From: a candidate division WOR-3 bacterium
GTDB taxonomy: Bacteria > Hydrothermota > Hydrothermia > JBDRYB01
Reading direction: 5' to 3'
Length of the DNA stretch: 64,000 nucleotides
Assembly (NCBI GenBank): GCA_039803205.1
Contig: JBDRYB010000006.1
Span: forward strand, 32,001 to 96,000
This document shows positions 39,709 through 48,908 of the stretch, one piece after another. The position numbers were made by a program, and so were the translations under genes. How positions within the stretch are numbered: the stretch's first letter is position 1; each line of letters begins with the position of its first letter. The notes below the pieces were generated by a model, which saw nothing but the letters and a program-made list of their open reading frames with translations, made no database searches and was not told the origin of the DNA.

Positions 39709-40149
39709 TCAATAGACTGCCCTCACCGGAACCGAAGGAAGCAGGCTCTCAGTCGTATCCTTGCCCACGACCATCCAAACCCTAACGGATAGGGTATCGG
39801 ATTCAGTTATGCGGAGGTTGCGCTGAACCAGATACTCTACCCACCTCTCGGCCTTTTTCTTGATGAGGCCCTCGCTCGTGAACTCACCTATCTCTCTCTC
39901 CTTGGCGCTTATTGAGAGCTTTATGACCTCAGCATCCCCATAGACCTTCAGGAGAAAACGGCCAGGGTATATGGGTTGGCCGAGAGAATCCTTCTCATAG
40001 GGGCCCGGCATCTTGTTGACCCAAGCCGCACCCTCAATGGCTGGCGTGAGCTTGGGCCCTGTATGTCCCGTATCAGCCTGGGTTTGGGTCTTTGGCCCCC
40101 CGCAACCAACCACGATTAGGCCCAACATAACCCACAGAGAGCTTTTCAT
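39709..40149 (-). CDS. Hypothetical lipoprotein
   Basis: MKSSLWVMLGLIVVG-C lipobox; overlaps the EF-G paralog stop (ATGA). Confidence 0.7.
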   Translation of the reverse strand: MKSSLWVMLGLIVVGCGGPKTQTQADTGHTGPKLTPAIEGAAWVNKMPGPYEKDSLGQPIYPGRFLLKVYGDAEVIKLSISAKEREIGEFTSEGLIKKKAERWVEYLVQRNLRITESDTLSVRVWMVVGKDTTESLLPSVPVRAVY

Positions 40150-42143
40150 TTCTTCTCCTCCCTCTCAGCCTGCGCGGCCTGGATTACCCTTCTTGCTATT
40201 TCTGGCGGAACCTCATCGTAATGGGAAAACTCCATGTCAAACCAACCCCTTCCCCTGGTCTTCGCCCTTATGGCCGCTGTAAAATCAAGGAGTTCCGCCA
40301 TGGGGACCAGAGCCTTTATCACCTGCCACCTCCCGTGGGGCTCCATTCCTTGGATCCTTCCCCTCCTGGCGTTTATCTCTGAGATAACATCACCCATGGA
40401 GTCATCCGGAACCCAAGCCGTGAGGTTCATTATCGGCTCAAGGAGATATGGGTTCGCATTTGCCTCAGCCTCCTTGAAGGCAAGGGAACCCGCTATCTCA
40501 AACGCCATGTTTGAGGAGTCAACCTCGTGATACTTACCGTCATAGAGAGTAACCTTCACATCCACAACAGGGTAACCGGCAAGTGTTCCCGAGGCCATGG
40601 CCTTCTTTATGCCGCTCTCAACAGCCGGGATGAACTCTTTTGGTATGGCACCACCGAATATCTCGTTCACGAACTCGTAATCCCCACCCCTCGGAAGGGG
40701 CTCTATCCTGATGTAGCATATTCCATATTGGCCGTGCCCGCCGGTCTGCTTTACATATCTCCCCATTGCCTCTGCTTTCGTTCTTATAGCTTCCCTGTAT
40801 GGCACCTTTGGCCTCTCTTTCTCAACCTGAACCTTGAACTTCTCGGCCATCTTCGCGAGGATCACATCTATGTGGATGTCGCCATAGCCATAAAGAAGGT
40901 GCTGACGCAGTTCTGGATCGTATCTATATATGAACGAGGGGTCTTCCGCATTCAACCTTGAAAGGGCCTCTGATAGCTTCTCCTCGTCCCCCCTTGCCTT
41001 TGGCTTTATCGCGACAGCGTGCAGAGCCTTTGGGAGGGTGATCCAGGGCAGTTTGAGTGGCTTTGCTTTGGAGGAAAGGGTGTGGCCGGTTGCGGTTGAT
41101 TTTAGCTTCACGAGGGCTATTACCTGGCCCGGGAGCGCCTGAGACACCTCCTTCCTTTCCGCCCCGACGATCCCGTAAATAGCGTTTATCTTCTCGGATT
41201 CGCCGGATGAGGAATTGTAGAGCTCCATTCCGGGCTTCAGGGTCCCAGAAAATACCCTCGTGTAGTATATCTCCCCGAGGTGCGCCTCAGTTATGGTCTT
41301 GAAAACGAGAGCGGCTGGGTCTCCGGCTGGTTCTGGCCTTATCTCATCCTCCCCGGCCTTGATTGGCGGCATCTCGGAAAGGGAGAGCCCAAATCTAGAG
41401 ATGAAATCAGCAAGCTCTCTCACACCTATTCCCTCCTTTGCTTCTCCGAAAAACACAGGGGTCAACGAGCCGGATGAGAGGGCCTTCCTCATCGCGCCTG
41501 AGAGCTCCTCAGGAGTTATCTCCTGATCCGAGAGGTATTTCTCCATGAGGGCATCATCCGCCTCTACTATGCTCTCTATGAGGGAGGAACGGGTTTCCTT
41601 TGCCTCATCAGGAATATTGGATGGGTCCCCGAGGAGGTTTATGACCCCTGAGAAATCAGCCCCCTTGCCGATCGGGAAAACAAGCGCCTGGCATGAGACG
41701 CCGAATGTTTCCTGAAGCTCACGGAGCGCGGACAGGGGGTCAGTATCTGGGGATTTGCACTTGCTCAGGAAGAATATCCTGGCCGCGCCGGGCCGTGACC
41801 TCTCCCAGAACCTCTCTAGTCCAGAGGCTCCGGCGCCAACATCAGATACCATAACGATGTTGTCAGCAACAGCGAGCGCGCCCAAGACATCCGCCTGAAA
41901 GTCAATGTATCCTGGGGTATCGAGGAGCTGAATGAGCACATCACCCCAGGGTATATCCGCGACGGATGTGCTTATGGTTGTGCCCCTCTTCCTCTCCTCG
42001 GGGTTAAAGTCAAGGGTTCCCGTCTCCAATCTGGTTGTAAGGCCCGCGGCATACAACAAAGCCTCCCCCAGGGTTGTCTTTCCCGAGGCGGAGTGACCAA
42101 CTAGCGCCACAAGCCTCATCTGCCTGGTCTCATATCCGGACAA
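40146..42143 (-). CDS. fusA2: Elongation factor G-like protein (EF-G2 type)
   Basis: GHSASGKTT, DTPGYIDF, PKVPYRE, KQTGGHGQY, DGKYHEVDSS, LLEPIM. Located outside the str operon. Confidence 0.9.
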   Translation of the reverse strand: MSGYETRQMRLVALVGHSASGKTTLGEALLYAAGLTTRLETGTLDFNPEERKRGTTISTSVADIPWGDVLIQLLDTPGYIDFQADVLGALAVADNIVMVSDVGAGASGLERFWERSRPGAARIFFLSKCKSPDTDPLSALRELQETFGVSCQALVFPIGKGADFSGVINLLGDPSNIPDEAKETRSSLIESIVEADDALMEKYLSDQEITPEELSGAMRKALSSGSLTPVFFGEAKEGIGVRELADFISRFGLSLSEMPPIKAGEDEIRPEPAGDPAALVFKTITEAHLGEIYYTRVFSGTLKPGMELYNSSSGESEKINAIYGIVGAERKEVSQALPGQVIALVKLKSTATGHTLSSKAKPLKLPWITLPKALHAVAIKPKARGDEEKLSEALSRLNAEDPSFIYRYDPELRQHLLYGYGDIHIDVILAKMAEKFKVQVEKERPKVPYREAIRTKAEAMGRYVKQTGGHGQYGICYIRIEPLPRGGDYEFVNEIFGGAIPKEFIPAVESGIKKAMASGTLAGYPVVDVKVTLYDGKYHEVDSSNMAFEIAGSLAFKEAEANANPYLLEPIMNLTAWVPDDSMGDVISEINARRGRIQGMEPHGRWQVIKALVPMAELLDFTAAIRAKTRGRGWFDMEFSHYDEVPPEIARRVIQAAQAEREEKK

Positions 42144-42190
42144 AACTATCTCTCCTTTTTGTGTCCGAAATTATAACGAACCCGCTCGTG

Positions 42191-42210
42191 CTGGCGCAAT
42201 AATGCGCCAG
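42191..42210. promoter_or_regulatory. Palindrome CTGGCGCA-ATAA-TGCGCCAG, candidate operator
   Basis: Perfect 8-bp arms in the divergent fusA2/nurA promoter, just upstream of TATAAT (42217-42222). Confidence 0.4.
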
Positions 42211-42228
42211 GAGCCTTATAATTTGCCG

Positions 42229-43308
42229 GTGCATCCTGTTCTATACGCGAAGATAATCGGACTGAGAGAGAGGCTCCTGCAACTGAGAGAGGAACTTGAA
42301 CTGCGCAGGACCGATCTTGATGTGGGGAGCTTTTGGAAGACCTGGCATGGAAAGGCTGAGAGCTCTCATATAGCCGCAGGCGACGGCTCTTTTAACTATG
42401 CCAGGCGCCTCGGTTTTTGGCTATTTGGCGCCACGGCCTCGGGGGTCTACTCCGGATGCGACGCGGGAGATGTGTTTCTTGGGGAGTTGGACATCCTTAG
42501 GCTCGGGGATATCGGAGAGGATGCTCTGAGAGCCCTCGCTCAGTCAGGCTCAAAGATCATGGAGGCAAAGGCCCTAAAAATGGCCGGGGAAAGGATAACG
42601 GGCGGCCTGCTCCTGGCCGACGGGGCGCTTTCCGGCCTCTTCAAGAACTACACGGAGGACATGGGCAATAATAGAATAGCCTCGCTGGCAGGATTGGGGC
42701 CTGGTGAGGAGGAGAGGCTCTTCAGGTGGGCGAAGGACATTGCTGGGGAGCTCCCGGAGAACCCGGATGGGTGGTCAAGCTGGTCGGGCAAGGACATGGT
42801 GTTCTCTTTGGAGGAGGATAGGCGGTTTTCGGTTGGGATCCTCATGGCCCTTTGCAGAAAGGAGTATCTCGCTACCCTAATAGGGCTTTTGGATGGGAAC
42901 GCTAACCGAATGGTGGGCATAGCCAAAACATCTGAGGAATGCACGATAATTGAGGGATTCCCTGACATATATGTTCTGAGCGTGGGCACTCGGGCGCCGG
43001 GTTTCACCGAGCCAAAGCCCGTTGAATTGCCAAAGGATGAGGGACTTCCCGAACTTCCATGCTCTTTCTTCTACGCGAGGCTTGAGGAGGGTTATGGGGT
43101 GATGAGGTTGGAGGTCTTTGCTGAACCTGAGAAGGTTGACCCACCGAGATTGCTTTCGGTGCTCCTTGGGGCTTCTGTCTCAGGCTATCCATATCCTCTG
43201 GCCAAGGCTCACCATATGTGTTCGTTGTCGTTCTCATCGCTCTATAAATACCTCGGCCTTGCTGGGGGAAGATGGGAACCCTCGGGAAGAGAAGCCTTGT
43301 TTCAATAG
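42229..43308 (+). CDS. nurA: NurA-family DNA double-strand-break repair nuclease
   Basis: AAGDGS, LLADGAL, GIAKTS, GYPYPLAKAH. GTG start 6 nt after TATAAT. Confidence 0.85.
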   Translation: MHPVLYAKIIGLRERLLQLREELELRRTDLDVGSFWKTWHGKAESSHIAAGDGSFNYARRLGFWLFGATASGVYSGCDAGDVFLGELDILRLGDIGEDALRALAQSGSKIMEAKALKMAGERITGGLLLADGALSGLFKNYTEDMGNNRIASLAGLGPGEEERLFRWAKDIAGELPENPDGWSSWSGKDMVFSLEEDRRFSVGILMALCRKEYLATLIGLLDGNANRMVGIAKTSEECTIIEGFPDIYVLSVGTRAPGFTEPKPVELPKDEGLPELPCSFFYARLEEGYGVMRLEVFAEPEKVDPPRLLSVLLGASVSGYPYPLAKAHHMCSLSFSSLYKYLGLAGGRWEPSGREALFQ

Positions 43309-43341
43309 AAAACCGGGGCGGCCAAGCTTTAAGCTTTGCTC

Positions 43342-45087
43342 GTGAAGCTTCTCCGGATCTCCCTCGCGCAGATGAACCCCCTAGTGGGAGATATGGGGGG
43401 CAATCTCGCTCGGATCAAGGCCGCTGTGGATGAGGCTCTCCTCGCGGGTTCTGACATCGTCGTTTTTCCTGAGTTGGCCATATGCGGTTATCCGCCTGAG
43501 GACCTGCTCCTGAGACCGGATTTCATAGAGGAGAACCTGAGAGCCATGCGCGATCTCACCGATTTCACGGATGGGAAAGACATCCTCGTCATAGCTGGCT
43601 TCGTTGATAAGACAGGTGACATACACAACGCGGCCGCCGTAATACACAATGGCAAGCTGCAGGATGTCTATCACAAGGCTTTTCTCCCCAATTACGGCGT
43701 CTTCGACGATAAGCGCTATTTCATGCCAGGCGAGCGTTTTCCGGTCTATGTTTTCCGAGGAGTGAGAATAGGGGTCAATATATGCGAAGACATCTGGCAT
43801 CCTGACGGGCCTCTGTATTATCAATCCCTCTTGGGAGACGCGGAGGTCATCGTGAACATAAATGCCTCGCCCTATCACATGGGTAAGTGGAGCCAGCGCG
43901 AGACCATGCTCTCAACGAGGGCCTCGGATAACGGGGTCTTTGTGGTCTATCTGAACTCCGTCGGGGGCCAGGACGAGCTGGTTTTTGATGGGGGCTCGGT
44001 TGTCTTCGGGCCGGACGGGGAGCTCGTGGCCAGGGCACCCATGTTCCAGGAAGGTCTCTTCACAATTGACATTGATCCGAGCCTCGTGATGAGGCACCGC
44101 GTCCACGACACACGGAGGAGGGAGCAAAAGATGAGGTGCGGCGCGCTTGGCTCTGTTGAAGAGATACTGATTGATTCCTCGGAGCTCAGAGAGCGAGAGA
44201 GGGCTCTATCTTTCCTAAGCAATACACCATCCCTAGAGGAGGAGGTCTGGAAAGCGCTTTTAACAGGGGTCTCGGATTACACGAGGAAAAACGGGTTCAA
44301 AAGCGTCGTGGTGGGGCTCTCCGGGGGAATAGACTCAGCCCTCGTCTCGGTTCTGGCAGCTGACGCGCTTGGGCCCGAGAATGTATTTTGCCTCTTCATG
44401 CCATCCCGTTATACATCCAGAGAGAGCCGCGAGGATGCCTTTGAGCTCGCAAAAAATCTCGGTGTCAGCATAACCGAGATACCCATAGACGGGCTTTTCC
44501 AGGCGTATCTTGACTGTCTTGCTCCCCATTTCAAGGGCAAGGAACCTGATATTACTGAGGAAAACATCCAGGCAAGAATAAGGGGCAACATCCTCATGGC
44601 GTTCTCAAACAAGTTCGGCCACCTGGTTCTCACGACAGGGAACAAGAGCGAGCTCTCAACCGGATACGCCACTTTATACGGAGACCTTTCAGGAGGTTTC
44701 GCACCCCTCAAGGATGTGCCAAAGACCCTCGTCTATAAGCTGGCCAGGTTCAGAAACTCCATTAACCCCGTGATCCCGGATAGGATGTTCAGTAAGCCGC
44801 CCTCCGCTGAGCTCAAGCCGAACCAGACCGATCAGGATACACTTCCCCCATATGAAATACTTGACCCAATTCTGCACCTCTACATAGAGGAGGATGCTCC
44901 GCCCTCGGAGATAATCGGAAGGGGATTTGACCCAGATACTGTCAGAAAGGTCGTCCGTATGGTTGATAGCTCAGAATACAAGCGCCGCCAGGCTCCTCCG
45001 GGCATAAAGATAACCGTGCGAGCCTTCGGCAGGGACAGGAGGATGCCGATAACGAACGGGTTCGGGGGCAAGGAGCGTGCCAGCTAG
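43342..45087 (+). CDS. nadE: Glutamine-dependent NAD(+) synthetase
   Basis: Nitrilase domain FPEL/K/ICED; GLSGGIDS, ENIQARIRG, TGNKSE, PPSAEL, EYKRRQAPPG. Confidence 0.96.
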   Translation: MKLLRISLAQMNPLVGDMGGNLARIKAAVDEALLAGSDIVVFPELAICGYPPEDLLLRPDFIEENLRAMRDLTDFTDGKDILVIAGFVDKTGDIHNAAAVIHNGKLQDVYHKAFLPNYGVFDDKRYFMPGERFPVYVFRGVRIGVNICEDIWHPDGPLYYQSLLGDAEVIVNINASPYHMGKWSQRETMLSTRASDNGVFVVYLNSVGGQDELVFDGGSVVFGPDGELVARAPMFQEGLFTIDIDPSLVMRHRVHDTRRREQKMRCGALGSVEEILIDSSELRERERALSFLSNTPSLEEEVWKALLTGVSDYTRKNGFKSVVVGLSGGIDSALVSVLAADALGPENVFCLFMPSRYTSRESREDAFELAKNLGVSITEIPIDGLFQAYLDCLAPHFKGKEPDITEENIQARIRGNILMAFSNKFGHLVLTTGNKSELSTGYATLYGDLSGGFAPLKDVPKTLVYKLARFRNSINPVIPDRMFSKPPSAELKPNQTDQDTLPPYEILDPILHLYIEEDAPPSEIIGRGFDPDTVRKVVRMVDSSEYKRRQAPPGIKITVRAFGRDRRMPITNGFGGKERAS

Positions 45088-46447
45088 ACCTTGGACAGAG
45101 GTCCTGGGGGAAGCCGAAAGCTTCCTGCTCCTTGAAGACCTCTTCACTATGACAAACAGGCTGGCCCATTTTTCGGACAGGGCCATGGAGATCATCCTTA
45201 ACGAGAAAAGAAGGCCCACGAGTCTTGCAAAGCTCCTGTTCTTTCGGCTCTATTTCAAGAGGTTCTCGTCATTAGCCGAGGAGATGATCTCCAGGCCCAG
45301 AAAGGCCATAGTCCGTGAGAGAAAGCTGGTTCTCTCGGCGAAGCTCTCGGCCGTTGACGCGTCCGTGCTCGTTAACGCTATAAAGGCCGGTTATGATGGC
45401 TCATCCAGAACCTTTCCCGAAAAGGTCATTGCCCCCGTCCGCACTGCAACCATTAACACCTATGAAATGCGGTTCTTGTTGTGGTTCGTGAATCTCCTGT
45501 TCGGATACCTGAACGAGGTTATCCCAAAGTGGGAGACTGAAACGAGGGGAAACGAGAACACGCCGCTTGTCAGCTCTCATGAGCTCATCCGGGCGAGGCA
45601 CAAATTGGCCTGGCTTAGGGAAAACCTTGAGGACATGGGCGTAGAGCCTTTGGATTATCCGGAAAACCCTCCCCTCTCGTTCACATCCCACCCGGTTTAT
45701 TCCCAGATCTGGCGGTTTTACAGGAGGTTTGAGAGCTTGATCGCGCCAAAAGGATGGAATGAGGTCATGAACCTTCAAGATTGGCCAACCCTCTACGAGC
45801 TCTGGTGCTTCCTCTCGGTTCTGTTTCATTTTGAAGCACATTGGTCAAAGCACGATCAGGGCGCCGCAAAGGCCCTATCTGAGGAGCTCTGGATTGAGAA
45901 TACCTGGGACCTCTGGAAAATAGGCACGAGGCCATTTGCCAAGCTCTTGGAAAACAGAAACACCCCTTGCGCCGCAGGGTTTGCTCTGGACGAAGGGATA
46001 ACCCTGTATTTCCAGAGAAGGTTTCCCTATTACGAGGGCGTTGGGGACGGTCTCGGAAGCCTTTCAACGGAATACATTCCGGACATCTGCTTCATCTCAT
46101 CCAAAGGGAACCTGCCTGTTCTCATCCTTGACGCCAAGATGCAGGCATACGGAGGCCTCATAGGCAAACCCGAGACCGAAGAGGAGATAAAGGGCCAAAT
46201 ACCAGGCCTGCGCAAGATGCACATCTATCGCGATGCTGTTGTCCAATACGGCGACCCAGCGGTCTGGGGGGCTTTCGCGCTTGCTCCCCTTGCGCCAAGG
46301 CTTTCGGATAAAGTAAAATTTAGGCCGTTTGATCCGGCGTGGAGGATGAGGCACGGGTTCGGAGCCATAGAGATGAGGCCCTCAACGAAAGAGAGGGCCT
46401 TGGAGGAGATAAGGGAGCTTGTTGAGAAATGGAAAAGCCAAGTATAG
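45077..46447 (+). CDS. McrC-like DUF2357 / PD-(D/E)xK nuclease
   Basis: NTYEMRF, HPVYSQI, LYELWCF, IPDI...ILDAK, KMHIYRDA. Adjacent to an McrB-like gene. Confidence 0.82.
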   Translation: MPARPWTEVLGEAESFLLLEDLFTMTNRLAHFSDRAMEIILNEKRRPTSLAKLLFFRLYFKRFSSLAEEMISRPRKAIVRERKLVLSAKLSAVDASVLVNAIKAGYDGSSRTFPEKVIAPVRTATINTYEMRFLLWFVNLLFGYLNEVIPKWETETRGNENTPLVSSHELIRARHKLAWLRENLEDMGVEPLDYPENPPLSFTSHPVYSQIWRFYRRFESLIAPKGWNEVMNLQDWPTLYELWCFLSVLFHFEAHWSKHDQGAAKALSEELWIENTWDLWKIGTRPFAKLLENRNTPCAAGFALDEGITLYFQRRFPYYEGVGDGLGSLSTEYIPDICFISSKGNLPVLILDAKMQAYGGLIGKPETEEEIKGQIPGLRKMHIYRDAVVQYGDPAVWGAFALAPLAPRLSDKVKFRPFDPAWRMRHGFGAIEMRPSTKERALEEIRELVEKWKSQV

Positions 46448-46469
46448 GGGCAACCCCCTGCGGTTGCCC
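46448..46469 (+). other. GC-rich hairpin between mcrC-like and mcrB-like genes
   Basis: GGGCAACC-CCCTGC-GGTTGCCC immediately after the stop codon; no U-tract on the plus strand. Confidence 0.45.
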
Positions 46470-46568
46470 AAATCCGGATAAGAAACAGGCGCGAGGGCCT
46501 GCTAGGCATCAGCAATACCGGCCTGCCCCTACGGATCCGGGGATCGCAAAATTCGGAGGGATAGGAGA

Positions 46569-48473
46569 ATGAGGGCATTTCTTGAGAGCTGTAATTATTA
46601 TAGGATAATGGAAGCAGGGTACTTCAAAAATCTTCTGAAATGGTATACCAAATCAGAGCTTATACAGAAAGCTCTTAATGATGACCGAATCACCATCCAT
46701 AGATATCTCGGTAGTTTTCTTGGCCTGGGATATGCAACAGAAAGAAAAGACCTTGAAGACTACTTACTGGAAATTCAGGATCAAGACTCTAGACCAGAGC
46801 CTTTGGTTGACAGATTACTCAGAGCTCTGAATGACACGGATCCAATATTAAGAAGGGAAGCCGCATGGGACATTGGCAGTGTTGACTGGGGAGAGAAAAT
46901 AGAGGAAGTAGCGAACGCGCTGATTAAAGCTCTGAAAGAGGATAAGGATAGTAGGGTTAGATTTAGAGCTGCTATGAGCCTGGGAGATGTCGGTGCTTCT
47001 CCGGATTGCCCAGCTGATAAGAGAAACGAGATAATTGACGCCCTGATTGAAGCTTTGGAGAAGGAGGAATATAGGTGGGTCAGAGAGGATGTTGCCGAGG
47101 CCCTAGGGAAAATTGGCGTTTCTCCGGATTGCCCAGCTGATAAGAGAAATGAGATAATTGACGCCCTGATTGAAGCTTTGGAAAAGGAGGAATATAGTTG
47201 GGTCAGAGAGTATGTTGCCGAGGCCCTAGGGAAAATTGGCGTTTCTCCGGATTGCCCAGCTGATAAGAGAAATGAGATATTTGCCGTCCTGATTGAAGAT
47301 TTGAAAAAAGAGAAGTATGGTGATACTAGAGAGATTGTTTACGAGGCCCTGAAGGCCCTCATAGAGGCGGGCGCGAAAATGCCCGGAACGGCAGAGGGGC
47401 CGAAAATTGCAAAAGGTGAGCCGCCAATATTCCCGGGCAAACCAGACTTTGAGGAAATCTGGCCCGCCTTTGAGAAACTCGCAAAAGGGAACAGGAATCT
47501 GGTCTATAACCAGAATGAGGTCCAGCAATACCACTCAGCCCTGTGGTCAAACCCAAAATCCACCCGGCACTTCGTCATCCTCGCTGGCCCATCCGGAACC
47601 GGGAAAACAAAGCTCTCGGAGGTATACGCGGAGGCGGTTGTCGGTGCCGAGAACAAAGAGAGAAGGGTAAAGCTCGTCGCCATAAGGCCAGAGTGGACTG
47701 ACGCGAGGGATTTCATGGGATACTGGAACCCCATCGCGAACGAGGGCAAGGGCGCATATTGCGACCCAAACGGCATAGTGGAGTTCATCAAGGAAGCAGA
47801 AGCCAACCCGAACCAGCCCTACTTTCTGATCCTTGATGAGATGAACATCGCGCATGTGGAATATTACTTCTCGGACTTCCTGAGCGGGATGGAATCCGGC
47901 GAGCCGATAAAACTGCACGGAGAGACATTCACGCTAGGGAAATACACGGTTGAGGGTGGCAGGATAACCATTCCCCCGAACCTCTTTGTTACGGGGACCA
48001 TAAATGTTGACGAAACAACCCACGAGATAAGCCCGAAGGTCCTGGATAGGGCGTATGTGCTGGTTTTGAAGGCAAACTGGGAGATGTATTACGAGGGATC
48101 GCCCCTGAGGGATGACCCGGAGCTCGGCGAGATATTTGAGAAGCTGATGGGAGAAGGGGGCCCGGTTAGAGCCGCGGGCGAGATCCTGGAGGAGGCTGGC
48201 CTCGGCTTCGGCTACAGGACAGCAGAGGACATCGTCAGGTATGTAGCAAAGGCCAAAGAGCTGGGCACCAACGAAACTGGGGCACTTGACCAGATGTTCA
48301 TCTCAAAGATACTTCCGAAGATAAAAGGGACGGAGAGCGAGGAGCTAGAAGAAGCTTTGAACAAGATGAAAGGCCTTGCGAAAAGGGAAAATCTCGCGGC
48401 CACAGAGGGGTATCTCGAGAAAATGGAAAATGACCTTAAGACGAAGGGGTTCGTCAAATTCACGCCGATATGA
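46569..48473 (+). CDS. McrB-like AAA+ GTPase with N-terminal HEAT repeats
   Basis: GPSGTGKT, RPEWTD, LILDEMNIAHVEYYFSDFLS, GTINVDETT, KVLDRA, KILPK. HEAT-type helices (LRREAAWDIG, VRFRAAMSLG, VREDVAEALG). Confidence 0.88.
   Translation: MRAFLESCNYYRIMEAGYFKNLLKWYTKSELIQKALNDDRITIHRYLGSFLGLGYATERKDLEDYLLEIQDQDSRPEPLVDRLLRALNDTDPILRREAAWDIGSVDWGEKIEEVANALIKALKEDKDSRVRFRAAMSLGDVGASPDCPADKRNEIIDALIEALEKEEYRWVREDVAEALGKIGVSPDCPADKRNEIIDALIEALEKEEYSWVREYVAEALGKIGVSPDCPADKRNEIFAVLIEDLKKEKYGDTREIVYEALKALIEAGAKMPGTAEGPKIAKGEPPIFPGKPDFEEIWPAFEKLAKGNRNLVYNQNEVQQYHSALWSNPKSTRHFVILAGPSGTGKTKLSEVYAEAVVGAENKERRVKLVAIRPEWTDARDFMGYWNPIANEGKGAYCDPNGIVEFIKEAEANPNQPYFLILDEMNIAHVEYYFSDFLSGMESGEPIKLHGETFTLGKYTVEGGRITIPPNLFVTGTINVDETTHEISPKVLDRAYVLVLKANWEMYYEGSPLRDDPELGEIFEKLMGEGGPVRAAGEILEEAGLGFGYRTAEDIVRYVAKAKELGTNETGALDQMFISKILPKIKGTESEELEEALNKMKGLAKRENLAATEGYLEKMENDLKTKGFVKFTPI
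46998..47350 (+). repeat. 123-bp tandem repeat (about 2.9 copies) encoding 41-aa HEAT units
   Basis: TCTCCGGATTGCCCAGCTGATAAGAGAAA starts at 46998, 47121 and 47244. Units 1 and 2 are nearly identical. Confidence 0.95.
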
Positions 48474-48504
48474 GAACCCAATTGAAGTCCACTGGGTTCT
48501 AGCC

Positions 48505-48861
48505 CTACTTCTTGAAGAGAGACATTACCAACACGGTCGCAATCGTGAAAGCCAAGTAGAACAGAAATACCAAGAGGCTTGCCCACAGGACCTGCGCGAG
48601 GGTAATCCCCCCGATGTCCCAGCTCAGGAATTTGAAGGCATACGGCGCGGTCAGTTTCCTGCCCACCTTGAAACTGAAGACCAAAACATATGAGGCAACA
48701 GCAAGAGGAGGCAGGGCAAGGACAAAGGCGCTGTTTCTCTCGGAAAAGTGTTCTTTGATCCACGGACAAAAGAGCAGGATGATGCTTGTCAGAGCAAGGA
48801 TAAACCCCGTGAGCATGAGGACCCAAAGCATGGTCGTCATGACGATCTTCTCCTCTTTCAT
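48505..48861 (-). CDS. Small 3-TM membrane protein
   Basis: Three hydrophobic segments; TATAAT 8 nt upstream of ATG. Confidence 0.65.
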   Translation of the reverse strand: MKEEKIVMTTMLWVLMLTGFILALTSIILLFCPWIKEHFSERNSAFVLALPPLAVASYVLVFSFKVGRKLTAPYAFKFLSWDIGGITLAQVLWASLLVFLFYLAFTIATVLVMSLFKK

Positions 48862-48908
48862 GGTCTAAAATTATAAATCCAGCAAGCCAAAGCTTTATAA
48901 TATAACCC

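Noticed and set aside
42191..42210. Sigma54 promoter or E. coli-type LexA box
   Set aside because: GG-GC spacing is 9 rather than 10, and CTG-N14-CAG is not CTG-N10-CAG.
46998..47350. CRISPR array
   Set aside because: In-frame 123-bp coding tandem repeat without unique spacers; no cas genes in the window.
45077..48473. Assignment as a CoCoNuT system
   Set aside because: NxD and DUF2357 match the wider clade, but no long coiled coil, helicase, HEPN or YTH/CSD component is visible.
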